A DNA stretch of 25,916 nt, from the IMG/VR virus record IMGVR_UViG_2597490230_000001, positions 1 through 25,916 of that record; one strand, given 5' to 3'. This stretch comes from a virus (Duplodnaviria; Heunggongvirae; Uroviricota; Caudoviricetes). Positions 13,327 through 22,013 of the stretch are shown here, one piece after another (within the stretch, counting starts at the first letter, position 1; each line of letters starts with the position of its first letter). Below the pieces are notes generated by a model. The model made no database searches and was not told the origin of the DNA. It saw nothing but the letters and a program-made list of their open reading frames with translations. Made by a program: the position numbers and the translations under genes.

Positions 13327-16222
13327 TGCTTTAGTTAATGGTAATTTTGAATATAGTGATGTTCAATCCATGTTGGAGGGACATCTCAGATTCCTCGACA
13401 AGAATACTGGTTTGACAAATAATGCTAGATTAGACCATTACGTGTTTAACCCACAAGGTATTATGTCTAACAACAGACACTTCATTGCAGAAGCTCAAAT
13501 GGAGGCTCAACCAAATGGTGATGCTACCACAGAAGCCCAGTCAATCCAAATCTTAGGCTATGCTTATGCTTATCTTGGTACTGGTGAAGAGAGATATAGA
13601 CAACATGCAAAATCTGCTTTTAATGCGTACTTGAACTATTTCTACAATGCAATGGGTGATAATCCAATTCCATCAACTCCTATGAGATATATCTGTAACT
13701 GGTTGGTTAACGGTAAAGAACCTGTTCTTGCCAACTGGCCTCTTGCAACAGATGGTTACCCAACCCACGGTGGTTTCCAAGGTGAAATTCTGAACTGGAC
13801 TAATGGTAGAACTTTAATTCCACATGGTGCTCCCTATTGGGGCGAGTATCTGGACAAATTTACATTTGCCTTTGATGGTGCCCTTGGCTGGAAATCAATC
13901 GTTGCAACAGTGTACGGCCTTAAAGATGATGGTGTTACTACTGATTGGAATAAAAAAGGTACTCAATATGATGTAGATTGGGTTATAGCGTATACAGGTC
14001 AGAAAATTGACTGGGATGGTAACATTTTATCAGAAGGTCACCCAGTATCTGAAAGAGGTACTGTACAGCTTAAAAACACAAGTGTCAACGGTCCTCACAA
14101 GGCTAACTGGTGTAACAGGCAACCTGTTGAGCATGGTGGTTTTTTGATGGACAGAAACACCCCTTGGCATAATAGACCTATGAACGTACCGGTTCGAGGC
14201 GTTCTCAACTATGGTAACGCAGCAGATGCTGAGGAATGGTTTGCTGATGCAGCGTATCTGATGTGGAAGATTTGTGCAGAAGATGACCCAGATAAAGACA
14301 AATACTATTTGGTTTATCGATGTGTAATTGAGACTTGTCAAGAATATGCACTGATTGACCGTACCGACTACTTCTTCCGCAAGCAGGTTGGTGCAGGTGG
14401 TCCGTTCTCTGATGGTATCTCCTATGATTACACTTACCCAGATGGTGTTGATGTGACTTATACTCGTGACTCTCAGGGTTATATTGATTGTCAATTGGAT
14501 AAGGCAGCACAACATTCTATGGAACAGCAATCTGTTTGGTTTGACATTGACAATAACTCTCGTGTTCTTACCACGATTGCAGGTCAGGATAGAGTTGGTA
14601 AACCTCTTAATGTTTCTGTTAAGATTAAAGTTGCACCATCTCGCCAAACACCAGAGGCAAATTGGGCTACATGGCAAGCAAAACTTCCATATACCCCTGG
14701 TTTTACTCCAATTGCAATTGAGACTAAGATGCAAGATTTCTACCAATTGGTTGATTCCAATGGTAAAGACTTCATCATGGCAGATGCTCGTGTTGTTGTG
14801 GATTATGGAACAGCACAAACCTTAATGCAGTACTCATCTAATATTATCGACGGTCGTTCTTCAATTGTAGCACACACAAACTTCCCCACAGATGATGGTG
14901 GTACAATTATCGGTTTCTGGTTAACAGAGGCTGAGAAGATTAAACCAACCAGTATTGTTATTAAATCAAACACTGGCATGGAGATTGGTGTAAAAGATGA
15001 TGCTGGATGGGCATGGCATTGGTTGGTAAGTGGCACAGGTGAACAATGGAGAGAAGTCCCACTTGATTGGTCTCAAATCAAATTGAACAGTTGGCAACAG
15101 AATGAACAAAAACCTGTTGACTGGCCTCCAGGTGTTCCTTGGAATCCTCCAACAAGGCCTAAAAGCTTTGTTGGTACAGGTGAAGTTAGCCAAATGTCAA
15201 TTACTAAGAACAGTGCATCACTTACTGCATATTGTGAATGGTATTGTGTAAACACTATTCCACAGACATACAGAAGTGGTAAACAAGTTCTCATGATGTA
15301 CACTGTAACTATCGCTGGTGATGATGAATTTGGTTTCAAACTCGGTGATTGTAGGGTTCTTGGGAATCTTCAAGGTGGTCTATTCTGTACACCAGGTGTT
15401 ATCCCATTCTCGAACATCTATAGTTCAGAATCAACAACTCAGTTTGACGGTTGGCATGGTATGCCTTATCCAGGTTATCAACACCCATTTATTTGGGTTT
15501 ATAATGACCAGAATGACCCTCAGGGAATCCAATTGACAAACATGATTGAGTTTTTATATCAATCTCAAGTTTGGTTTAATCAACAATTTGGTATCCTTGG
15601 CCCTGGTGCTTCTGCTTATATCTGGGATAGGTGGGATAACTACAAATATGGTACACCAAACACTTGGACAATGTACCACTGGGGTGATGGTCATGCTTGG
15701 GCTGGTTATCAACCTCGTGCATACTTCTCGGCAGCTCGTGCTTGGTATGAACTTGTTGTTGCTGGTAGACCTGTTCCAACTAAACTGAAAACCTACGTTG
15801 AAAACTGGACTAAATGCCTCTACAAACTGATGAGTGAAAATGGTGGTGTTTCACCTACTGATTTCACAACAGATGGTAGAATTGTTTGTGACCCAACTGA
15901 TTTTACAGGTCATATGTGTGGTTTGTGGCTTGCTGGTGCTTGTATTTCATACCTTGCAGGTTCCAAAGTAGAACACTCGGATAGACTTATTGAAATGTTG
16001 GTAAACGAACTGGCGAAAGAGTATGTTGTTACTGGTGTCCCAAATCATGTAATGGATGGGTCCTGGTCTCCTGCTCCAAGAATTAACACTGGCTCTGGTC
16101 CTGAAAACAATGGTATGTTCTTTGGTTTCTGGTCTGGTGAGATTTTAAGGGGCTTAGGTTTGTATCTTATGTATAAAGAGATGAACCCTGGCGATAACAT
16201 GTACGAACGTAAGAAGGATTAA
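13319..16222 (+). CDS. large tail-associated protein, glycoside hydrolase (GH8-like alpha/alpha barrel) candidate
   Basis: About 967 aa from ATG 13319, which overlaps the upstream stop (the track starts at GTG 13280). Motifs ATTEAQSIQILGY and NAADAEEWFADA resemble the GH8 Glu and Asp motifs. Trp/Tyr-rich. Confidence 0.6.
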   Translation: MLNALVNGNFEYSDVQSMLEGHLRFLDKNTGLTNNARLDHYVFNPQGIMSNNRHFIAEAQMEAQPNGDATTEAQSIQILGYAYAYLGTGEERYRQHAKSAFNAYLNYFYNAMGDNPIPSTPMRYICNWLVNGKEPVLANWPLATDGYPTHGGFQGEILNWTNGRTLIPHGAPYWGEYLDKFTFAFDGALGWKSIVATVYGLKDDGVTTDWNKKGTQYDVDWVIAYTGQKIDWDGNILSEGHPVSERGTVQLKNTSVNGPHKANWCNRQPVEHGGFLMDRNTPWHNRPMNVPVRGVLNYGNAADAEEWFADAAYLMWKICAEDDPDKDKYYLVYRCVIETCQEYALIDRTDYFFRKQVGAGGPFSDGISYDYTYPDGVDVTYTRDSQGYIDCQLDKAAQHSMEQQSVWFDIDNNSRVLTTIAGQDRVGKPLNVSVKIKVAPSRQTPEANWATWQAKLPYTPGFTPIAIETKMQDFYQLVDSNGKDFIMADARVVVDYGTAQTLMQYSSNIIDGRSSIVAHTNFPTDDGGTIIGFWLTEAEKIKPTSIVIKSNTGMEIGVKDDAGWAWHWLVSGTGEQWREVPLDWSQIKLNSWQQNEQKPVDWPPGVPWNPPTRPKSFVGTGEVSQMSITKNSASLTAYCEWYCVNTIPQTYRSGKQVLMMYTVTIAGDDEFGFKLGDCRVLGNLQGGLFCTPGVIPFSNIYSSESTTQFDGWHGMPYPGYQHPFIWVYNDQNDPQGIQLTNMIEFLYQSQVWFNQQFGILGPGASAYIWDRWDNYKYGTPNTWTMYHWGDGHAWAGYQPRAYFSAARAWYELVVAGRPVPTKLKTYVENWTKCLYKLMSENGGVSPTDFTTDGRIVCDPTDFTGHMCGLWLAGACISYLAGSKVEHSDRLIEMLVNELAKEYVVTGVPNHVMDGSWSPAPRINTGSGPENNGMFFGFWSGEILRGLGLYLMYKEMNPGDNMYERKKD

Positions 16223-16225
16223 TTA

Positions 16226-16666
16226 ATGTACAGTGCTAATGGTGTTGTTAGAACGTTATCTGCTACCGACCCTAGCACTGCACAAATTGTCGTTGCTGCT
16301 GGTACTCCTAACGCTAGTCAATTTGGTTGGACTTCCAATGATTTGACTAACGTTAAGGATTTAGCACAGTGGGTTAGTGAGGCACAGAATGCGGCTGAGT
16401 CCGCCTCTACTAACGCACAGTATACAGCGGATGCTTTGACATATGTGCAGGCTCAGGTTGGACATATTGATGCGGCTTTAATTGATGTTAATACAATCCA
16501 AACTCAGTTGCAAGCCATGCTTACTGCTACTGATGCTAAGATTTCAGATTTTAACACAAAATACTCAGCTTTCCAGACTGGATATGCTGATTTCCTTGTC
16601 AAATATGCTGATTTTGCTTATAAATGGCAAATGTGGTATGATGAAACCCATCCGACTACTCCTTAA
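16226..16666 (+). CDS. coiled-coil tail protein, paralogue of the 12550 N-terminus
   Basis: 146 aa; FGWTSNDLTNVKD matches FAWTTNDLTSVKD of the 258-aa protein. Confidence 0.7.
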   Translation: MYSANGVVRTLSATDPSTAQIVVAAGTPNASQFGWTSNDLTNVKDLAQWVSEAQNAAESASTNAQYTADALTYVQAQVGHIDAALIDVNTIQTQLQAMLTATDAKISDFNTKYSAFQTGYADFLVKYADFAYKWQMWYDETHPTTP

Positions 16667-16692
16667 GTAATTTTTTAACAAAACCGCCACTA
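16667..16692 (+). promoter_or_regulatory. putative late promoter
   Basis: GTAATT-N16-ACTA in an intergenic gap; the -10 lies inside the inverted repeat ACCGCCA...TGGCGGT (16683-16712). Confidence 0.65.
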
Positions 16693-16731
16693 ATGTTTAT
16701 GTTAATGGCGGTAATATAGGATGATATTGAG

Positions 16732-16983
16732 ATGGAAAATTCGCTGAAGAATATCATGATTGGTATTGCAACCTCACTATCGGTTGCATCCATAGGTGTG
16801 GGTCTCAATACCTATGTAGATGTTCAGGTTTTAAAAAATAATCAATCTGAGCAGCGGGATATCGTGAAGACTACACAAGAGATACTTAATAGAATAGACA
16901 AAACTCAAGCAGTTCAGGCAGAAACGATTAAGGCTCTCTCTGAAGTTGTGAACAGTTTAAATGAACGGGAGAAATCTAAATGA
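16732..16983 (+). CDS. single-TM plus coiled-coil protein (holin-like)
   Basis: 83 aa; N-terminal hydrophobic helix followed by a heptad-rich tail. Confidence 0.5.
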   Translation: MENSLKNIMIGIATSLSVASIGVGLNTYVDVQVLKNNQSEQRDIVKTTQEILNRIDKTQAVQAETIKALSEVVNSLNEREKSK

Positions 16984-17870
16984 CGGTAGAAGTCGCATCG
17001 TTTATCTCTGACTTAGAGATTACATATCCCCGTCAAGGTGACTTGATTAAAGAGGGTGACGACCACATTCGTATGATTAAACGAGTGTTGCAACAAACCT
17101 TTGCGGGATTTAATAGTTTTGTAACAATGTCCTCTGCATCCATGAATAACTTGGATAAGAATTTTAAATTCTCATCTGATTCAACGGATATTGATGGTTC
17201 AGTACTATTTAATGGTACTCAAAAGACAATTAACTTCAATAAAGGCGGTGTTCTTGTTAACAGAAACATCGTAACAGGTGTTCCACTTCCTCGTGACGGT
17301 ACGATTGGTCTTAATGACGCTGTTAACCGAGATTACTTGGAAAACAAAGGTGGTGCAACTCGTGCAGCTTGGCCTGTAGGTTCAATCTACATTTCAGCCA
17401 CAGATACAAACCCAGCAGCAACCCTTGGCTTTGGTACTTGGTCAGCGTTTGCACCTGGTCGTGTGCTGATGGGTGTTGGTGTTGGTAATGACGGTTCTGA
17501 TACTGTAAATATTCAAAACCCACTTGTTACTGGTGGTAGATATTATCACACACTGACTGTTGGTGAAATGCCTGCTCACGCACATGGTCATGATATTGGT
17601 GGTACAGCAGTTTCTGCTGGTTCTCACAACCATGAATATGCTGGTGATGATAACTTACCAGCCCACTGGGGTGTTGCTCAAGAACAAGCTGCGAGGTATG
17701 ATGCTGACTCAGATGGGTCTAGGTGGTCTCGTAAATATTTTACCTCAACCAGTGGTGCTCACGAACACGCATTGAGAATTACAGGCGGTGTTCAATCTAC
17801 TGGTGGTAACCAAAAACATAACAACATTCAGCCCTATATTACCGTATACATGTGGCGTAGAATGTCTTAA
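16980..17870 (+). CDS. short tail fibre
   Basis: 296 aa; N-terminal EGDDHIRMIKRVLQQTF anchor, collar-like AWPVGSIYIS...GTW...GRVLMG, HxH motifs, C-terminal HNNIQPYITVYMWRR. Confidence 0.8.
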   Translation: MTVEVASFISDLEITYPRQGDLIKEGDDHIRMIKRVLQQTFAGFNSFVTMSSASMNNLDKNFKFSSDSTDIDGSVLFNGTQKTINFNKGGVLVNRNIVTGVPLPRDGTIGLNDAVNRDYLENKGGATRAAWPVGSIYISATDTNPAATLGFGTWSAFAPGRVLMGVGVGNDGSDTVNIQNPLVTGGRYYHTLTVGEMPAHAHGHDIGGTAVSAGSHNHEYAGDDNLPAHWGVAQEQAARYDADSDGSRWSRKYFTSTSGAHEHALRITGGVQSTGGNQKHNNIQPYITVYMWRRMS

Positions 17871-17883
17871 TGGGAGTTAGTCC

Positions 17884-19599
17884 ATGACAATTATGAGATT
17901 ACGTAGTGTCGGGAATACCGGTGTTACAACTGATATCCCTGCATACGACTTAAAGCCCTCTGACTGGTCTTGGGCTAACAACGTTAGATTCCAAGCCAAT
18001 AGGGTTCAGAAGATTGGTGGGGCTAAGGCCTCACTCACTCGTGCAATGCCAAAACAGCATCCATTGGGTGTTGTTCAGCGTCCACTTACTGAGGCACTTT
18101 TATACGGGACTTATAACCCTGTTACAAAGAAAGGTGAACTCTGGGAAGCTTCCGGTAACACACACACTAAAGTTTCTAAGAAAGTAAGTGGTGCTTTTGT
18201 AGACTATAATGCTACACCTCAATATGGTTGGGATTATACTACACTTTCAAACACCATTATCTTTAACACAAGACTGTCAGACCCACAAGGTATTAAACCT
18301 GGTGATGCGAATTTCAGTGACCTGCCTGGTTGGGGTAAACCTAATTCCTCTGGTTCTACCACCGTAGACTGGAAGGCCAACAGGATTCGAGCTTTCAAAA
18401 ACTACCTGTTGTGTATGGGTATTTGGGAAGCAGGTGTTGAGTATCCTCAACGAGTTCGTTGGTCAGACGTTGCAATGGTTGGTCAATTACCTCAAAACTG
18501 GTATCAAGACAGTGACACTTCTGATGGCGGTTTTAACGACCTGACAGACTCACTTTCTCACATCATTGATGGTAGACCTCTTCGTGACTCCTTTGTAGTC
18601 TATACTAACCGAGATACGTTCATTATGGACTATGTTGGTGGTACAATGGTTTTTAACTTCCGTAAAATCTTCTCTGATTCTGGCATACTAGCTCCAAACT
18701 GTTGTGTTGAATTTGAAGGTAAGCATTTTGTTATTTCTGAAGATGATATCTTCGTTCATAATGGTTCAACAAGACAGTCTGTTGCAACTGGTCGAGTTAA
18801 AGATTACTTGATGGGTCAAATCTCTCAAAATAACTACGATGCGACTCGTGTATATGCGTATCCGGCTAAAAAAGAGATTTGGATTGCCTATGTATCAAGT
18901 GGTAACACAGGTGAGTCTGTTGGTCCAAACTCAGAGAAAGTTTACGCTTGTGACAAAGCGGCTGTTTGGTCTTGGCAGTATGATACTTGGTCTTTTACAG
19001 ACCTTCCATATGTCTATGATATTGGTATTGGTATCTCTCCTGAAACAGATACTCGTTTCTGGAATGATGAATTCTTTGTACCAACACCAGAACATCCAAA
19101 AGAATATGGTGAATATCCGTGGGAAGAACCTGAAATTCCCGATGATACTTGGGAACGAGAGGCCCAGGCATTTACAAGACATGTAATGTTTGGTGCATCA
19201 TCTCACATGTGTTTCTACCAACTCGATGCTGGTTATACATGGGATAGGTGGAACTCTACCACTGAAACAACAAACCCTGTTCCTGTTGTTTGTGAGTTGC
19301 AAAGAGCTGCACTTGATTTTGATGAACAAGAGCCAGATATTTCCTATCACAAATGGTGGAGAGCTGTTTATCCACAAATGGGAGGTGAGGGGACTGTTAG
19401 ATTTTATATTGGCGGTTCTAATAGTCCAAATGGGGAGCCAACTTGGGATTCTTGGCAAGATTTTGATATTGAGAATGATTCGAAGGTTGACTGTTTCAGT
19501 AACTACAGATATCCAGCAATTAGGCTGTTAGATGCTTCTGAAGGTACTTGGTCAATGGTTGGCTATGATGTTGAATACTTCAGAGAAGGGAATAGATAA
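17884..19599 (+). CDS. tail nozzle protein (tail tubular protein B-like)
   Basis: 571 aa, beta-rich (RVRWSD, WSWQYDTWSF); position after the fibre matches the podovirus nozzle. Confidence 0.75.
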   Translation: MTIMRLRSVGNTGVTTDIPAYDLKPSDWSWANNVRFQANRVQKIGGAKASLTRAMPKQHPLGVVQRPLTEALLYGTYNPVTKKGELWEASGNTHTKVSKKVSGAFVDYNATPQYGWDYTTLSNTIIFNTRLSDPQGIKPGDANFSDLPGWGKPNSSGSTTVDWKANRIRAFKNYLLCMGIWEAGVEYPQRVRWSDVAMVGQLPQNWYQDSDTSDGGFNDLTDSLSHIIDGRPLRDSFVVYTNRDTFIMDYVGGTMVFNFRKIFSDSGILAPNCCVEFEGKHFVISEDDIFVHNGSTRQSVATGRVKDYLMGQISQNNYDATRVYAYPAKKEIWIAYVSSGNTGESVGPNSEKVYACDKAAVWSWQYDTWSFTDLPYVYDIGIGISPETDTRFWNDEFFVPTPEHPKEYGEYPWEEPEIPDDTWEREAQAFTRHVMFGASSHMCFYQLDAGYTWDRWNSTTETTNPVPVVCELQRAALDFDEQEPDISYHKWWRAVYPQMGGEGTVRFYIGGSNSPNGEPTWDSWQDFDIENDSKVDCFSNYRYPAIRLLDASEGTWSMVGYDVEYFREGNR

Positions 19600-19823
19600 T
19601 GGCAGTAATTGATAGGACAAAACAACCCTATCGAATTTATAAGCCACTTTTTCTTGATGAAAAACAAATGAAGATGGACTTGGACCGAGAGTTCGAGTCC
19701 GTCTCTCAGGCTTTGATTTGGGTTACAGATAACATGCTTTTAATCGTTAAGTCGTTGAATGAGCTCAGAGCTATTCACAGCTTACCTCCGATTGAGCTTA
19801 ACTATCCGACTATTAAAAATTGA
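19599..19823 (+). CDS. small virion protein (possible tail needle/plug)
   Basis: 74 aa, start overlaps the nozzle stop, helical. The function is a positional guess. Confidence 0.55.
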   Translation: MAVIDRTKQPYRIYKPLFLDEKQMKMDLDREFESVSQALIWVTDNMLLIVKSLNELRAIHSLPPIELNYPTIKN

Positions 19824-19834
19824 GGAGTCGATAA

Positions 19835-21073
19835 ATGGGTAAGAAGAAGTCACAGACTACTAAAACTGAGTCGAAGACTGAGAATAATCCGTGGGCACCT
19901 GCCCAAGGTCAGTTAAAGGATATTCTGTCTGAAGCTCAAGAACAGTACGAAAAGACTGGTGGTCTTGATGGTAACTGGATTGATAAACAGTTCCCTGATT
20001 TGACTCCAGAGATGAAGGCATCTCTTAGTAATCTGGCTAGTTCTGGCCAGCTTAACCAAGTAGCTGATAATATCAACAAAATTACCTCTGGTGCTGCTGG
20101 TAATGTTAATCAAGCTGGTTCTGCATTAGGTGGTATGACCTCTGGTGGTATTACAGGTCAACAAATTAACGACTTGGCAAGTCAGTTGTATGATTCCGAT
20201 ACTGTTAAATCTCAAGTGGGTAATCTCACTGAAGATGCAATGAAGAATTATGACCGACAAGTCAATCAACTTAACCAGCAAGCTGGTGCAACAGGTAATA
20301 TGGGTTCCTCCCGTGCTGGTGTTGCTCAGGGTGTAATGGCTGGTGAAACTAACAAGGCAATTGCCCGTGGTACAGCAGACATTGAAAATGCTGCACGTAC
20401 TTCAGCTTATCAGCAAGCTATGGGTACTCTGCAAGGCAACCAACAAACTAATCTCTCTGCTGCCGGTGCTCTTGGTCAGTTGGGTATGAATCAGGGTCAA
20501 CTTCAAGCTGGTAATGCTGGTATCTACCAGAACATTCTCCAGAACGAAGCCACTGCTGCTAATACTACCCAAACTCAGGCTCAAGGTAAAGCCGAAAATG
20601 ATTGGTTTAACCAAACAGGCGGTGCTAATGCTGGATGGGATAATTTATCTAAATACCTTAGCATGGTTGGTGCGGTTGGTGGTATGGGTGGTACTTCCAA
20701 CTCTACTGGCAAGAATACAGCATCTGGTGGCGGTGGTGGCATGCTCGGAACTGTCATGGGTCTTGGTTCCACTGGTGCTGGCATTATTGGTGCTGGTGCT
20801 CAAGCCGGTTGGTGGTCTGACGCTTCTATGAAGAAGAATGTTAAGAAAACCGGTAAGACCAAAGATGGTACTTCTACTTATGAGTGGGAGTGGAACGAAG
20901 CTGGTAAGAAGAAGGGCATGAAGGGTAAAGGCTCTGGTGTTCTTGCTCAGCAAGTTGCCAAAGAGAAACCTGAAGCAGTTAAGAAAGCTCCGGATGGTAA
21001 ATTGATGGTTGATTATGACCAAACTCAAGTTACTCCGAAGAATTCCAAAGCTAAGAAGAAAGGTAAAAAATAA
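19835..21073 (+). CDS. internal virion/ejection protein with C-terminal intramolecular chaperone (peptidase S74-like) domain
   Basis: 412 aa, Gln/Gly/Ala-rich; WSDASMKKNV...GVLAQQV...LMVDY matches the S74 pattern. Confidence 0.75.
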   Translation: MGKKKSQTTKTESKTENNPWAPAQGQLKDILSEAQEQYEKTGGLDGNWIDKQFPDLTPEMKASLSNLASSGQLNQVADNINKITSGAAGNVNQAGSALGGMTSGGITGQQINDLASQLYDSDTVKSQVGNLTEDAMKNYDRQVNQLNQQAGATGNMGSSRAGVAQGVMAGETNKAIARGTADIENAARTSAYQQAMGTLQGNQQTNLSAAGALGQLGMNQGQLQAGNAGIYQNILQNEATAANTTQTQAQGKAENDWFNQTGGANAGWDNLSKYLSMVGAVGGMGGTSNSTGKNTASGGGGGMLGTVMGLGSTGAGIIGAGAQAGWWSDASMKKNVKKTGKTKDGTSTYEWEWNEAGKKKGMKGKGSGVLAQQVAKEKPEAVKKAPDGKLMVDYDQTQVTPKNSKAKKKGKK

Positions 21074-21092
21074 GGGGCTTCGGCCCCTTTTT
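21072..21092 (+). terminator. rho-independent terminator
   Basis: AAGGGGC-TTCG-GCCCCTT with a T5 tail; C(UUCG)G loop. Confidence 0.85.
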
Positions 21093-21103
21093 AAGGAGGA
21101 GTG

Positions 21104-22003
21104 ATGGGAAACCTTTTAAAAGATGGTTTGGATTATGTCAAACAGACAGTTTGGGACCAACCTAAGGATATTATAACTAACGTAGCAAAGGGTAAGCCTG
21201 ATAAAGCTTTTAGTTCCTGGAAGCACACTTTTGGTGATAACAATGACATGGAAGAAAAACTCTTCAATGATGTTGGTATCAGAGGTTGGGTAGGTTCTCA
21301 CCCAACTGAGACAGCAGGTGCTGCTGTTGGCTCTATCTTTGGTGGTATCTATGCTGCTGGTGCATATGGTGCAACTGCTGCTGGCGGTGCAGCCGCTTCA
21401 GGTGCAGGTAGTGCCGCAGCCGGTGGTGGAGCTGCTGCTACTGGTTCTTCTGCCCTTGGTGGCGTTGGTGCTGGTGCTTATCTGGTTCCTGCTTCATCTG
21501 GTGGTGTTGCTGCAACAGGTACTGGTACAGGTATTGCATCCTCTGGTGCTCTTTCTGCTGCCACTGCGAATGCTCCATCAACAATGGCACTAATTAACAT
21601 GGGTAACGCTGGTATGGCTGGTTCTGGTGCTGTAACATCCAGTGCAGGTACTGCTGGTGCTGCCTCTGGTGCTGGTATGGGCTCCTTTTCACCTGCTTTA
21701 CTGGGTAAGGAAGCTGCCGCTAGTGCAATCACCTCTGGTGGAGGTGCTGTTCCTGCTAGTTATGCAAGTGGCACTGGTAAATCGGCTTTGAGTAACCCTG
21801 ATACCTGGAGTCAGATTTCCAGATTAATGAATTCTGTCAAACCTAGTGACCAAGACCAGCAACAATTGGGAGCACCTCAATTGGCACCTGGATACCGTGG
21901 AAGTTTCAACTTTGACCGTAAGGCTTTCCAAAATCAGGCACTAACAAAGACGTACAGTGACTTATATAACAGCCCTACAAGAGCTGCTAATATTAAATTC
22001 TAA
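21104..22003 (+). CDS. Gly/Ala-rich internal virion (ejection) protein
   Basis: About 299 aa with a long hydrophobic G/A/S low-complexity middle. SD spacing favours ATG 21104 over GTG 21101. Confidence 0.7.
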   Translation: MGNLLKDGLDYVKQTVWDQPKDIITNVAKGKPDKAFSSWKHTFGDNNDMEEKLFNDVGIRGWVGSHPTETAGAAVGSIFGGIYAAGAYGATAAGGAAASGAGSAAAGGGAAATGSSALGGVGAGAYLVPASSGGVAATGTGTGIASSGALSAATANAPSTMALINMGNAGMAGSGAVTSSAGTAGAASGAGMGSFSPALLGKEAAASAITSGGGAVPASYASGTGKSALSNPDTWSQISRLMNSVKPSDQDQQQLGAPQLAPGYRGSFNFDRKAFQNQALTKTYSDLYNSPTRAANIKF

Positions 22004-22013
22004 GGAGAATTAG

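Noticed and set aside
14030-14818. 262-aa minus-strand ORF
   Set aside because: Antisense shadow within the large tail gene, with an implausible composition.
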